DNA of 64,000 nucleotides, taken from Arenicellales bacterium. Its GTDB lineage: Bacteria; Pseudomonadota; Gammaproteobacteria; Arenicellales; JAJDZL01. The translations under genes and the position numbers were made by a program. Location of the stretch: NCBI GenBank assembly GCA_958295885.1, contig OY282380.1, positions 1,884,082 to 1,948,081 on the forward strand, in the 5' to 3' direction. The notes beneath the pieces are model-generated. The model had not been told where the DNA came from. It was given only the letters and a program-made list of their open reading frames with translations, and did no database searches. This document shows, one piece after another, positions 19,087 through 30,705 of this stretch. Numbering within the stretch: position 1 is the stretch's first letter; every line of letters starts with the position of its first letter.

Positions 19087-20319
19087 ATGCATATCTTAAT
19101 TTCTTTTGTTGGTGCGCCATTTAAAGGCAACAAAACTTACGATGAAGTTGTTTACAGTTTTCCTGATGGCAGTGAAGGGGGAAAAACAAAATTATTTGCG
19201 AAGAATTTAATTTCGCGATGCAAGCCTGACCGGGTTGTGTTTCTGGGCACATCCGGAAGCAATTGGGAGTCGGTATTAGAAATTGCGGATTTAGAACAAA
19301 AGTCAGAGCTGGAAGCAATGGCAATCATTGACAGCGAGAGGGGGCAAACGTTAGAGAATGCCCTACATGATTACCAGAGATGCCTTTCAGATAAAGTGGA
19401 CTTTGATTTGCGATTGAAATTAATCCCTTTCCCTGCATACGAACTATCCGAACAGCTGGAAATTCTTCAAGTGATGGCCGAAATTTCTGAAAACTGCACT
19501 CAGATGACATTAGATGTCACTCATGGTTCTCGTCTTCTTCCGATGATCGGTATGGTCGCCGCAGTTTATTTAAATTCGATTAGAAACGTCGAACTTCGAG
19601 GCTTATGGTACGGTTCCTATGACCGGAGATCAAAAGTTGAAGGTCAGTCCGGCAGGGGAAAAGCTTTCAATGTAGAAGGACTAACAACGCTCTTTGATTG
19701 GATACAGGCATTGAGCGCTCACCAATATAGCGGTAATTTTGGAGTATTTGAAGAATTGCTTGAAGGTCCAATTCAAGAACTGAATGAAAATATACGAGTT
19801 GACTCCCTGTCGAAAGCCGCCTACAACGAACGGATTACGCGGGACAATAATGCGTATTATGAAATTGCTCAAATTAATGCATTGTTAAGACGCAGAGAAT
19901 TTAGCGGAATTGCGAGCTTGTTTCAGCCAACCCTTAGGGACCGGCTTGATTGGGCGCGTGACAATAGGCGCTCGGCAAGGCAGGAAAAACTCGCGAGGCA
20001 CTACTATGAGCATGGTGACTACTTACGAGCGGTAATTTATGCAAAAGAGTCTGTGATTACACGAATCTGTGAAGAGCGTGAAATTGACACGAAAAGATAC
20101 AGCAATCGACGTGAAGCTACGGAAATATTAGATCTCGAAAATTCATCGAGTTACAGGTTGATAAATGCCATCCGAAACGCGATGGCACATGGAACGGAAC
20201 CGAATTGCCCAGAGGCAAGAAGATGCCTGCAGAACGAAAATGAATTAAGACAGGTTATTGAGAACTTTCTTGATGAATGGATGATACTGCCAGTTGGTGT
20301 GGTTGACCGTTGCCAATAA
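19087..20319 (+). CDS. csx1: CARF-HEPN ribonuclease (Csx1/Csm6-like cOA effector)
   Basis: LISFVG, GTSGSNW and LDVTHGSRLLP CARF motifs; C-terminal RNAMAH (R-X4-H HEPN). Confidence 0.88.
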   Translation: MHILISFVGAPFKGNKTYDEVVYSFPDGSEGGKTKLFAKNLISRCKPDRVVFLGTSGSNWESVLEIADLEQKSELEAMAIIDSERGQTLENALHDYQRCLSDKVDFDLRLKLIPFPAYELSEQLEILQVMAEISENCTQMTLDVTHGSRLLPMIGMVAAVYLNSIRNVELRGLWYGSYDRRSKVEGQSGRGKAFNVEGLTTLFDWIQALSAHQYSGNFGVFEELLEGPIQELNENIRVDSLSKAAYNERITRDNNAYYEIAQINALLRRREFSGIASLFQPTLRDRLDWARDNRRSARQEKLARHYYEHGDYLRAVIYAKESVITRICEEREIDTKRYSNRREATEILDLENSSSYRLINAIRNAMAHGTEPNCPEARRCLQNENELRQVIENFLDEWMILPVGVVDRCQ

Positions 20320-20816
20320 TTTTATTTAGCGACGACTCAATGCCAAGTTGTTACTGAGACCTACCCGAAAAGGTTCAGACGCGTTAATATGATGAAAGAT
20401 AGGTCATTATCTTCCGATGACTGAAGGATCTATGATTTAGCGTGTAGACAGACTTGGTTACTCACGCGTCAACATGGCTGGCTAACTGCTGAATTCCGCG
20501 TAATCTGCGCCATTTTCCCTCCGCATGCCGCTCCTGCCGGAAATCATGCGCGGCATTCGTCGCGACTTGAACTACCTTTGGTGTTACGAAATGCACGGCT
20601 TTGACTGCATAATCTGAAATCATTGGCTGTCAAGCGTTTAAACTCACTGCGCCGCTGCGAGTTGCAATGGCATTGACATAGGACAAAAATATTTACAGGT
20701 TTTTGTTAAGATGGCAACGGATTGATTTAGCGGGTAAATCGGGGGATGTAAAGAATCTGTACATCGGCACTTCACTTCATCTTGTAGATAAGGCAAAATA
20801 AGGGTAAGGAATTATT

Positions 20817-21500
20817 TTGTCTGGAGATCGGCGGTGGATGAGCGGCATCAGGAATTTGAAGTCAACGACGTTTTTCGGTCATCGTTTCACCTGCAGGCAG
20901 TTGGCTGAGATTCAACAGACAGTTTCGCTGTTTCGGAGTTTGAGCCGGACTGAGTTGGTACAGATGATCAGTGAGCAATTAGGCTGGCGCACGTCAAAGT
21001 GTGACAATCGCTACCAGTCAGTGCTGCTGGATCGATTCGAACAATTGGATGTTTTGCAGTTGCCGCCAAAGCGAACGCGTCTTGGGCGCGGCAACAGCAG
21101 GCCGCTGGCGTTGACGGCGCGCACTGGAGGCTGTGAAAGCATTTTAAATTTTGTAAGATTCCTAATTCGATAATATGTATTAATTCAATTAAAACAATAG
21201 TTATATATCCGATGTCGATGATAATCAGACTGATGTGGCAATTCTTTCACGGCCTCACTGCGCCACAGGCGGAGCTGTTGGACTGGATGCCGCTTTCGCT
21301 GCAGCTGGTGGACGCAGCGGATCAGGTGGGGGAGTTCAACGAATGGGTGGAGCGTTATCATTATCTGGGTCATAAGCATCTGATCGGGTCGAACCTGCGC
21401 CATTTCATCGTTGACGGGCAGGGTCGGAAACTGGGCTGTTTCTTGTTTCAGTACGCGCTCAAGGCGTTGCCGCGTCGGGATGAATGGAGCGGCTGGGTGC
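20817..21500 (+). pseudogene. DUF4338/DruA-like gene remnant interrupted by a MITE
   Basis: FFGHRFT...LSRTEL...LQLPP then, after the MITE, FNEWVERYHYLGHKHLIGSNLRHF...RDEWSGW. Confidence 0.75.
21127..21256. mobile_element. MITE copy 2 (130 bp)
   Basis: TIR GAGGCTGTGAAAGCATT / AATTCTTTCACGGCCTC with 4-bp duplication ACTG (21123-21126, 21257-21260). Confidence 0.8.
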
Positions 21501-22202
21501 ATCAAAAACAACGTTCCAATCGTTCCTATGCGCGCCAATCGAACCGGGCGCGCAGCAAATGGATTCGTAAACGAAATCAACCTCAGGTATCTACGAACCG
21601 GTAGCAACAAGTTAAAAAATCAATGAAAATAGTTGATCGAGAGGTATGCACTCTTAAGTTAACGCGTATCTATCGTAATGTTAATGCTATTGCTGCGAGT
21701 TGTGCCGACCAAACTATTGCGGGTGTTCTGAATGCGATCATTAAGAGACTGCAGCTGCGTCGGAGCGTTGATTCTATCCAGTTATCGTTGTTGATAGAGG
21801 ATATTCTCCATCGCGACGTTACGATTGCATAGTGCTATTTCGTCACGACTGAAAAACTCCAAACCAATTATTTCTTCGCCAAAAAGTCAAAAATTCATGT
21901 TCGAATTTAGAGCATTGCTGAGCAACAGCACTCTTTTTGAACGTACGAAAAGCACCTCAGACGTGAAGAGGCGTCCGCCTTGAGCGGCACCGCACTCTGC
22001 TTGCTAGGACGACAGACTAACGAAGGTGGCCTGCGAGCCAATTCAAAGAAATTAGTCGGTAATTTGATACTCAATCAGAGATTTTCGGAAATGTACGGAC
22101 TTTCATGGCAACGTTGCGGGAAGCAAGTTGTTCTGAATTTCTAAGATAATATCAATCGAAAGGAATTACTTCTGAAACAATCAATAATTCAAAAATAATT
22201 AC

Positions 22203-22487
22203 ATGACTCGCCGATTGCTATACATTGCAAGCTACGACATCACACAAAATACCCGACGTAGAAAGGTCCATGCTGCGATCAAGCAGTTCGCAACCGGTGG
22301 ACAAAAATCTGCGTATGAATGTTATGTGTCAGGCAAAGAACGAAATGATTTATTCCGAATTTGTGTTTCATTGATAGACCAGACTGACGATCGTTTTGCG
22401 CTGCTTCCAGTAGAAATGTCATCGGAGCCCATACTTTGTGGAACTGCAGTTCCCCCTACTGACCCCGAATTCTACTACGTTGGCTGA
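22203..22487 (+). CDS. cas2: Cas2 (copy 1)
   Basis: YIASYDI and GQKSAYEC; 94 aa. Confidence 0.9.
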   Translation: MTRRLLYIASYDITQNTRRRKVHAAIKQFATGGQKSAYECYVSGKERNDLFRICVSLIDQTDDRFALLPVEMSSEPILCGTAVPPTDPEFYYVG

Positions 22488-22554
22488 ACCCTGATGATTG
22501 ATCACAAATAATCAAACAATTCCAGTGATTCAATTGGTCGATGGAGTATTAAAG

Positions 22555-23523
22555 ATGTTAACTGTATATGTAGACCGAAAAGATATCGAACTTATTGTGA
22601 AAAGTAATTCGCTTCAGTTCAAGTGTCCGACCAAACGTCGAGGTTCCGTACCGCTTGCTCAGATTGATCGACTGATAATTCGTGGAAACGCAAAGTTTTC
22701 CACTGGTTTACTAGGAACTCTTGCCAATTACGGAATTGGCGTATTAGTGCTGAGCGGACGAAATAATCGTCATTTAGCTTCTATTGTAGGACGACCACAT
22801 AAAGATATCCTTCGAAGATTAGGGCAGTTCGAAATTTATAGTAACTCGATTGCAAGATTGTCTTGGTCTCGCAGATTGATAGCATCAAAAATCCAGGCTC
22901 AGCTTCGCCTGCTGTCCAAGGCACTCGGTCAACGACCTGATAAACGTAGGGAGTTGACAAAGAGGATCAATGCCTTAAGCGATGCATTGGACAGCGCTTC
23001 AAGTTCTACGCAATTGACGACTATTCCACAACTTCTGGGGATTGAAGGGAACGCGGCGCGACAATATTACGCAGGATTATCTTCTCTGTTCGCAGATTCA
23101 CTAAAATTCAAGAATCGAAATCGACGCCCGCCTCGAGACCCGGTCAATTCCTGCCTGTCACTGGGCTATACATTACTGCATCACGAGGCTGTGCTAGCTT
23201 GCTATGGCGCTGGTTTAGATCCTATGCTTGGAATATTTCATTCACCTAAATATGGAAGAGAGTCTTTAGCATGTGATGTCGCTGAGCCGATGCGTCCCCG
23301 CATAGACGAGTGGACTTGGAATCAATTTAGATCTAGAACACTGACGGCGAATTGTTTCACGACAGATAAAGGCGCAGTCTATCTCACTAAAACGGGCCGC
23401 CAGATATTTTATAAGCAATTCAATCCATTGCAAAAATCAATCTATCGATTGTTGCGCGTTCACATGCTTGCCGTTGTTCGGGAATTCAAACAGAAGCCCA
23501 AATCAAAAAGCATCTCGACTTAA
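22555..23523 (+). CDS. cas1: Cas1
   Basis: LGIEGNAAR, RNRRPPRDPVNSCLSLGY, GIFH, ACDVAEP; ATG 22555 has GGAG upstream. Confidence 0.95.
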   Translation: MLTVYVDRKDIELIVKSNSLQFKCPTKRRGSVPLAQIDRLIIRGNAKFSTGLLGTLANYGIGVLVLSGRNNRHLASIVGRPHKDILRRLGQFEIYSNSIARLSWSRRLIASKIQAQLRLLSKALGQRPDKRRELTKRINALSDALDSASSSTQLTTIPQLLGIEGNAARQYYAGLSSLFADSLKFKNRNRRPPRDPVNSCLSLGYTLLHHEAVLACYGAGLDPMLGIFHSPKYGRESLACDVAEPMRPRIDEWTWNQFRSRTLTANCFTTDKGAVYLTKTGRQIFYKQFNPLQKSIYRLLRVHMLAVVREFKQKPKSKSIST

Positions 23524-23759
23524 CAGACAGAATCTGCAACGCAGAAAATTTCATTTGATCGGGTTAGACGGCCATTCACTCAAATTCAACGATCTCCTTT
23601 ACGTACTGGTTTCTGAAATAATCGATTACATGATGATTGATAATGCTCAATTGTTGTTGAGGAGATTGGGGATGTGCTCAGTTATGATAGTATTGTGTAA
23701 TTAACAATTCGATATTCTGAATTCAAATCGCATCAATTCTCCCTAATAATGGATATCTC

Positions 23760-24092
23760 ATGCCGTTAAACCGTAGAGTGCCTTGGCTTCTCTGTTACGA
23801 CATTGCAAATCCAGGCCGATTACGAAAAATTCATAAACTGGCTGTTCGGTTTGCAATTCCGTTACAATATTCGGTATTCTTAACTTGTGCGACACGCTCC
23901 GAGATGTTAAATTTCGTGGGACAGCTGGAATCTATCATTGATCCAAGGTATGATGATGTTCGTGGTTACCCGCTGTCAACTCGAATTCAACCACTTGTCT
24001 ATGGCAAACCTATTTTTCCAGAGGGTATTCTACTTTTGCATTCGTTACAGACTAGTGTAAATCAACTCTTGGAGGGGGAATATTCAAGCTAA
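23760..24092 (+). CDS. cas2: Cas2 (copy 2)
   Basis: LLCYDIANPGRL, LQYSVF, DDVRGY. Confidence 0.9.
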   Translation: MPLNRRVPWLLCYDIANPGRLRKIHKLAVRFAIPLQYSVFLTCATRSEMLNFVGQLESIIDPRYDDVRGYPLSTRIQPLVYGKPIFPEGILLLHSLQTSVNQLLEGEYSS

Positions 24093-24199
24093 GATTAGAG
24101 GTGAATCTTGCAGATTTTGAGGTTAGCTTTTTTCAGAACTGGATATTGTACAACCCATTTTGTAAATATTTGTTTTGAAAGGTGTAATATCGAGTTAGA
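24093..24199 (+). promoter_or_regulatory. CRISPR leader
   Basis: AT-rich non-coding stretch between cas2 and the first repeat; the degenerate repeat is at the far end of the array. Confidence 0.65.
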
Positions 24200-24942
24200 G
24201 TTAGAAACTTAGACCTGTTAGAGAAGGGATTGAAACAAAAATTTATTGTGTTATGCCAATTCACCATGTTAGAAACTTAGACCTGTTAGAGAAGGGATTG
24301 AAACTATTAATAACCGCGCTATCACCATCCTTTTGTTGTTAGAAACTTAGACCTGTTAGAGAAGGGATTGAAACTGCGTTTTTAGCGCTAGAGTTTATAT
24401 ATGGAGAGTTAGAAACTTAGACCTGTTAGAGAAGGGATTGAAACGGACGCTCTATTGCCTTCATCACTCCGCTTTGATGTTAGAAACTTAGACCTGTTAG
24501 AGAAGGGATTGAAACTCATCAGTTTGCACACCAGCCTCCGCGCGAACAGTTAGAAACTTAGACCTGTTAGAGAAGGGATTGAAACTCAGATTGAGGCATG
24601 TTTGCATCTGTCCCCAGTTGTTAGAAACTTAGACCTGTTAGAGAAGGGATTGAAACGATGGCATTGATGATTGTTTTCGCAGTCGAAAGCCGTTAGAAAC
24701 TTAGACCTGTTAGAGAAGGGATTGAAACATCAAAGAGCGTCAAGGTATCGGCGCTTTTTCGCCGTTAGAAACTTAGACCTGTTAGAGAAGGGATTGAAAC
24801 CTCCTTATGTGGACTTCGTCAGGCAGGTCTCAAGTTAGAAACTTAGACCTGTTAGAGAAGGGATTGAAACGTTTCAGTTTTGTCTATTTTGACACTATTT
24901 GGGGTGTTAGAAACTTAGACCTGTTAGAGAAGGGATTGAAGC
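24200..24942 (+). CRISPR. CRISPR array: 11 repeats of 37 bp, 10 spacers of 31-35 bp
   Basis: Repeat GTTAGAAACTTAGACCTGTTAGAGAAGGGATTGAAAC starts at 24200, 24268, 24338, 24408, 24479, 24549, 24620, 24692, 24764, 24834 and 24906; the last copy ends ATTGAAGC. Confidence 0.99.
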
Positions 24943-25293
24943 AGAATGATGCTTCGGGAAGGAACGCAGAAGATCGAAAGAGGCAATTTCAGTTCTTTGT
25001 GCAAGTCGTCGAAAGTTCACCTTGCCTTCACTTATAATTCTTAATTTCAATTCTACTTTCCGGACAAAACCGTTCCATATTTTTGAGTAGCATCTCGGCT
25101 GGTTTTGATTGTGTTAGTGGTGTTGAAATGAAAAATAAATTTGGATATTTTTATAGTTATAGTTTGATTTGGCCGAGTATGGCAGCTGAGTCATATTTAT
25201 TACCGCCGGAATACTGCTTTTCACTTGGGATGCATTACATCGCAGTTCAGTAGCCCGGTGGTTTTTTATTGAAGTGAATTCAGGGAGAGATTC

Positions 25294-27294
25294 ATGATTG
25301 AAGGCGGGTGGATTCCAGTAACTCTCGGTATTTTGGGCTTAGTCACTGCGTGGATCATTTTTGGTCTCGTCAAGCGCTACCCAGAAGGAGAAGGCGAAGT
25401 CGTAGAAATTTCGCGCGCAATACATCACGGAGCCATGGTTTTTATGCGTCGAGAGTACACGATTCTCGCCATTTTTGTGGTGGTGGTCGCGGTTTTGATC
25501 GCAATCTCCGAATTAGGTCTCAATACGATGTATGCCTTCCTGCTGGGTGCGCTGTGTTCGGGCAGCGCAGGTTACATTGGCATGTACACCGCAACGAAGG
25601 CCAACGTGAGAACAACCACCGCAGCCCACACTTCCGGTGCCTCGCAAGCGCTGACCGTCGCATTCTTCGGCGGTTCAATCATGGGAATGACCGTTGCTGC
25701 CATGGGCTTGTTTGGTCTCGGTTTGCTTTATCTGTTTTTTGGTTCTGACCCGCACCATGCGCATGCAATCCATGGTTTCGGGATGGGGGCTTCATCCGTT
25801 GCTTTGTTCGCTCGCGTCGGCGGGGGCATCTTCACTAAAAGTGCGGACGTTGGTGCCGACCTGGTCGGTAAAGTGGAAGCTGGAATCCCAGAAGATGATC
25901 CGCGCAACCCGGGTGTAATTGCAGACAACGTTGGTGACAATGTCGGAGACGTAGCTGGAATGGGGTCCGACATTTTTGAATCATACTGTGGCGCCATGAT
26001 CGCAACTATTGCGATTGCAGCAACCTTAAGCGAGTCGAATCTCGGCGCTCAGAACAGTCTGATGTTTCTCCCGCTCGCCCTGTCGTCAGCAGGAATATTG
26101 TGTTCTTTGCTCGGTATCATTTTAGTGCGAATTTTCTGCTCAAGATCCGCAGAAGCCGCACTTCGCATTGGCACCGTGGGCGCTTCACTGATTTTTATCG
26201 CTGCAGCAGCCGTTGTTGTTGCCTGGGTGGATGTTGATTTCTCGATTCATGGTTGTGTAGTCACAGGTGCTGTGGGCGGCATCGTGATTGGCATGGTGAC
26301 AGATTACTATACCAGCGGAAAACCCATTCGAAAAATCGCAAAAGGCGGTGAAACGGGTCCCGCAACTGTGATGATCAACGGACTTTCGCTCGGTATGCGG
26401 TCCGTCGTCGTTCCTTTGCTGATGCTCGCCTCCATCATTTATTCTGCCAGTGCTCTAGCAGGTCTTTATGGCGTCGGCATTGCAGCCGTCGGCATGCTGG
26501 CGACTGTCGGCATGACCATGGCAATTGACGCCTACGGCCCGGTCGCAGATAACGCCGGCGGTATTGCTGAAATGGCTGGTTTGGGAGAAGAAACCCGGAA
26601 AATTACAGATTCACTCGACGCAATCGGAAACACCACTGCTGCGGTCGGAAAGGGGTTTGCCATCGGTGCCGCAGCTCTGGCGGCATTGGCCATCATTACG
26701 GCTTACATCGAAACTGTCAGCTTAAACAACCCAGGTTTTTCTCTCCATATCAATAATCCTGTGGTGTTGGCGGGAATGTTCTTGGGTGGAATCTTTCCCT
26801 TTCTTGTAAGCAGCATGACGATGACTGCTGTGGGTGATGCGGCGTTTGACATGATCAAGGAAATTCGTCGCCAATTTAAGGAAATTCCTGGCTTGCTCGA
26901 GGGCAAAGCCAAACCTGATACAGAACGCTGTATTGACATCGCAACGAAGGCCGCGCTGAAGCGAATGGTTCCACCAGGAATTTTAGCGGTAGCAGCGCCG
27001 GTTGTGGTTGGGTTTTCACCTCTCGGACCAGAAGCGCTCGGAGGAATGCTAGGCGGTGCGCTGTTAGGCTGTGTGCTGCTGGCGCTGACGATGGCGAACG
27101 CTGGAGGGGCCTGGGACAACGCAAAGAAGTATGTTGAAAGCGGGAATTATGGTGGAAAAGGTTCCGAAGTTCACAAAGCCGTTGTGGTTGGTGACACGGT
27201 GGGCGATCCTTTTAAAGATACGTCGGGACCGTCCATGAATATTCTGATCAACGTGATGGCGATCGTGAGTTTGGTGATCGCACCCTTGCTTTAA
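25294..27294 (+). CDS. hppA: Membrane-bound H+/Na+-translocating pyrophosphatase (K+-dependent signature)
   Basis: [30 protein letters not shown]; GNTTAA has Ala at the K+-dependence position. Confidence 0.96.
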   Translation: MIEGGWIPVTLGILGLVTAWIIFGLVKRYPEGEGEVVEISRAIHHGAMVFMRREYTILAIFVVVVAVLIAISELGLNTMYAFLLGALCSGSAGYIGMYTATKANVRTTTAAHTSGASQALTVAFFGGSIMGMTVAAMGLFGLGLLYLFFGSDPHHAHAIHGFGMGASSVALFARVGGGIFTKSADVGADLVGKVEAGIPEDDPRNPGVIADNVGDNVGDVAGMGSDIFESYCGAMIATIAIAATLSESNLGAQNSLMFLPLALSSAGILCSLLGIILVRIFCSRSAEAALRIGTVGASLIFIAAAAVVVAWVDVDFSIHGCVVTGAVGGIVIGMVTDYYTSGKPIRKIAKGGETGPATVMINGLSLGMRSVVVPLLMLASIIYSASALAGLYGVGIAAVGMLATVGMTMAIDAYGPVADNAGGIAEMAGLGEETRKITDSLDAIGNTTAAVGKGFAIGAAALAALAIITAYIETVSLNNPGFSLHINNPVVLAGMFLGGIFPFLVSSMTMTAVGDAAFDMIKEIRRQFKEIPGLLEGKAKPDTERCIDIATKAALKRMVPPGILAVAAPVVVGFSPLGPEALGGMLGGALLGCVLLALTMANAGGAWDNAKKYVESGNYGGKGSEVHKAVVVGDTVGDPFKDTSGPSMNILINVMAIVSLVIAPLL

Positions 27295-27373
27295 ATCATT
27301 GCTGCTTACTCATAAGCAGGAATGAATTGAGCGAATCGGCTGCCCGTTTCGATTCGCTTCCCAAAGGAATGAG

Positions 27374-27615
27374 CAATTGCCGGGCGTACTGAGTTTCACA
27401 ATAGGCTCGATATTCAATAAATTTTCTGAATTGATCTCTTCAATGAAGGAGTGCGCTACTGGAACCCCAGATTCCTGCTGAACATCTGCAGGAATCAGCT
27501 GTATCGAATTCCGGTTGTAACAGCTGCCAAAGCCAACTTGAACGTCCAGCAGACTGCGCGCTTTCTTGAGGTATTGGCCGTTGTCAGTGAGACCGCGCAG
27601 CTGATCCAGTTCCAA
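27374..27615 (-). pseudogene. Decayed copy of a small hypothetical gene (paralog at 51055-51210)
   Basis: KARSLLDVQVGFGSCYNRNSIQLIPADVQQESG...VKLSTPGN aligns with the other copy; the stop codon is lost (TGA to TGC). Confidence 0.65.
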
Positions 27616-27916
27616 GACTCCAATTGTCCTTATCTGAGACGAAGGTTTAGTTTATAAGATATTGATAATAATTATTGATCGACCATTGCTACGCTTCAAC
27701 GAGTTCGGGAGAGGAGCCTCGCAAACGTCTCTGGTCAACCTCATTCAAGGACATGTTGCGTCAGACGGCGGGAGAAATCATTTTCATCCCTGCGCTTAAT
27801 GCGTCAATTCAAAACCCTGCAAACTATCGGATTTTCGCTCTATGGACAGACTCGTCACCGAATGATCGGATAGTTGGAACAATTTGTTTATTTTGGTTTC
27901 GAAACAGCTTGAAACT

Positions 27917-30145
27917 TTATGCCTGTTCCTCCGGCTTGTTAAGATTTCCCAGGCTTGGATCAGCCCTTAACTGGTCGTTGAAAGTCTGAGCGATCAGGTA
28001 GCGATAGAATTTGAGGGCAAGTCGTTCTTCGGTCTCCTCCAGCCAGTGCATGTCAGTTGGCGCCATGACCATTGTTCGGCACGAATCGTCCGCGAGTACC
28101 AAGTTTGCATGATCATCCAGCTTGCGGACAGGCCAGATCGCATCACCTGGAATGAATTGACGAAGGCGTGTTCCGGTGTGATCGTAAACGGAAGCGCGGC
28201 CTGAAAGCAGAAACTGCAGACCGTCCTGCGATCTATCGGGACCTGTAAGAATCTCGTTGGCGGAGTACTCCCGTGGTATGAGCCAGTGTTCCAGCTCTTC
28301 AATCAGTTCCTCGAACTGAATTTGCTGCTCCAGACGAAATTCGATATCGTCAGCCGTGGCGTCAAATAATCGGATCCCGCGCGGATCCGTCTTGGCTGCA
28401 TCCGCGTTCCACTCTGTAATGATGATGTCCTCACAGCGTTCGAGTCCGAAGTCGGCATCCGGTTCGACATGAATCGTTTTGAAAATCTCCGGCTGCAGGT
28501 TTTGTTCCAAGCCCGATCTCAACATATCGGACAAGCCCACTAGAACCAAGTGTGTTTCATCGGCGTGCAACTTCTCCAAGAACTTGGAAAATACTCTGAC
28601 CGCGGAAAAATCAACGCCTGAGACAGCGGTGAAATCCAGCATCAGACAGGAGGTGGCATCAGTCAGTGAGTTCCTCAGATTCTCAACCAGCGGGACGACG
28701 CTGCCGAAGAAGATGTAGCCGCGTAACCGGTAGGCCTGCACGCGGTCACCCTCCGCCCGCAAGATGGCGCGGTCTGGTACCGAGCGAGCCATTTTGCTGT
28801 GGCGTTCGCGTGCGGTGAACTGATCTTTGATCGGGTTGACGCGATTGAGCCGTACGGTGAAAAAAACGAGGGTGAGCAGCACTCCAGCGGTTACTCCCTC
28901 GATCAGCCCAATGAGATTAATGATGAAAAAGATCAATAGAATGACGCTGTATTCTGACAGCGGAAGTATTTTCCAGCTTTTCACCAAACCTTCATCCACC
29001 ATGCCAAGGCCGGCAAAGACCAGAATTCCTCCTATAAGCGCCACCGGGATGATTTCCAACAATTCGTCACCGAGGAACAATGCGCAGCCGATGACTGCGG
29101 CCGCGACGATGCCGGTCAGCCTGGTGTGTGCTCTGAAGAGCTTGCTGCGGAGCGACGCCGGTACTATCAAGGTAGACACCGTACCTCCACCGAGGCCGCT
29201 GACGATGCTTGCCAACCCTGTTGACTTGAATTCTCGGTCCCAGTTCAGATCCTGATTGACGGCAAGTTCGAGTCCCGCGATGTTCATAATGATGCAGATG
29301 TAAGCAATCATGATTAACATCAACATGTTGTGAATCTGACCAACTATCGCTGCCCAGTCCACGCGCAGCAAATCGGAAGGCCAAAGAGCCGGCCAGATAT
29401 TTCCCTCTGAACCGCTGAGAAGAAACCCCGCCGCTCTTGCTTCGTCAACGGATATGTTGAAAAAAACAAGCCCTACGTGGTACGCTGCAACTGCGATCAA
29501 CATACTCACCGGAAATAACCACGAGTTTCTCCAGCGTTTCACCGCAATATAGATTACAGTCCCGAATACAATGCCCGGAGCCCAATTGATCAGGACGGCT
29601 GGATCGAAATTCGCCGCAAGATTTCGCCATTTCAAGTCCACCCCTGAAATTGACATGGCCGCCAAACATACCGCACCGCCAATTCCTGCCACAAATCCGC
29701 ATGCCACTGAATAGGGAATGAAGCGCAGCAGATTGGCAATCCTGAAATGTCCGATCACCAAGGAGCTGATGCCAGTGGCTGCAGCGCAGATCATAAACGC
29801 GACCACCACAGTGACAAACAGTTGCTCACCTTCTGCGTTCATGCTTAATGCGATCAAAGCCATGATGATTACCAGTGCAGGGGAAAGCCCGGCAATGGCT
29901 CCGCGATAGCCACTGGTGATGGATATGATGAGGCAGGCTGCAAAGTTCCCGAACAGCACTAGACCAATGCCAAGTGATGAATAATGCGCCAGCTCGCCAG
30001 AGAAGATGAAACTGCCAAACGCGATTTGTGCAACCAGCAAACCTAGGCCTGAGGAGAATCCAGTCGCCAACGCGGGAACAATCTTTGAGGATTCGATTTC
30101 CACGCGAAATTCAGACAAGATATTCTGAAACAGTAAATTTGCCAT
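27917..30145 (-). CDS. SulP-family anion transporter with STAS and cNMP-binding-like domains
   Basis: Multi-TM N-terminus with RFIPYSVACGFVAGIG; STAS region LRGYIFFGS...LDFTAVSGVDFSA; C-terminal LQFLLSGRASVY. Confidence 0.88.
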   Translation of the reverse strand: MANLLFQNILSEFRVEIESSKIVPALATGFSSGLGLLVAQIAFGSFIFSGELAHYSSLGIGLVLFGNFAACLIISITSGYRGAIAGLSPALVIIMALIALSMNAEGEQLFVTVVVAFMICAAATGISSLVIGHFRIANLLRFIPYSVACGFVAGIGGAVCLAAMSISGVDLKWRNLAANFDPAVLINWAPGIVFGTVIYIAVKRWRNSWLFPVSMLIAVAAYHVGLVFFNISVDEARAAGFLLSGSEGNIWPALWPSDLLRVDWAAIVGQIHNMLMLIMIAYICIIMNIAGLELAVNQDLNWDREFKSTGLASIVSGLGGGTVSTLIVPASLRSKLFRAHTRLTGIVAAAVIGCALFLGDELLEIIPVALIGGILVFAGLGMVDEGLVKSWKILPLSEYSVILLIFFIINLIGLIEGVTAGVLLTLVFFTVRLNRVNPIKDQFTARERHSKMARSVPDRAILRAEGDRVQAYRLRGYIFFGSVVPLVENLRNSLTDATSCLMLDFTAVSGVDFSAVRVFSKFLEKLHADETHLVLVGLSDMLRSGLEQNLQPEIFKTIHVEPDADFGLERCEDIIITEWNADAAKTDPRGIRLFDATADDIEFRLEQQIQFEELIEELEHWLIPREYSANEILTGPDRSQDGLQFLLSGRASVYDHTGTRLRQFIPGDAIWPVRKLDDHANLVLADDSCRTMVMAPTDMHWLEETEERLALKFYRYLIAQTFNDQLRADPSLGNLNKPEEQA

Positions 30146-30494
30146 CAGAGTCTTGTGAGAGAATATCTCAGGGCACTATAAATCATCATTTTTCCCAAGC
30201 TGTCTGAAAAATAATTCGCTGTTACTGTTACAGCTGTCAAACAGCCGCCAAAGTTCTCAAATCAGCATCTGGATCATGTTGCCAAATCTATTGGTAACAG
30301 TCGATTAATGTAGCAGTTTTTCAAATTCAGCACTCAGACAGAATCGATTCGAGAACCAAAATTTCATTGTAAAGGATATTTTGGCTAAGTGGCGCGTTCA
30401 GGCACTGAATATTTGATTGCTGAGTGTCTGGTCGCAGCTGAATCTTCCACAATGAGCGACCGAGGGGAAAATCTAGAATGCTTGCGATTGTCGG

Positions 30495-30705
30495 TTGTTT
30501 TGGGTTACACCGTTTGTTCGCGGGGCTTCCCTCCTTACATGCGGCGTCGCAAGTCAGCAGATTTGCGATTGCCGTTTTAACACCGCAGGGTCGTCTTCGA
30601 AGCGCCGCTGTCTCACACCGCCCGAGCGCCGCTTCGGTGTGATGAGCCCGATGTGCTGTGTAGGGCTGCTCGGTTTCTTTGACCACTCTGATTCGAGGAG
30701 GTTTT
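30495..30705 (+). ncRNA. Structured leader resembling an IS110-type non-coding end, without transposase
   Basis: Hairpins TCGCAAGT/ATTTGCGA, TCACACCG/CGGTGTGA and AGCCC/GGGCT, ending in a GAGGAGG SD. The resemblance to IS110 leaders is from memory only. Confidence 0.4.

Noticed and set aside
24807-25037. 76-aa ORF with repeated VRNLDLLEKGLK
   Set aside because: It is a translation of CRISPR repeats.
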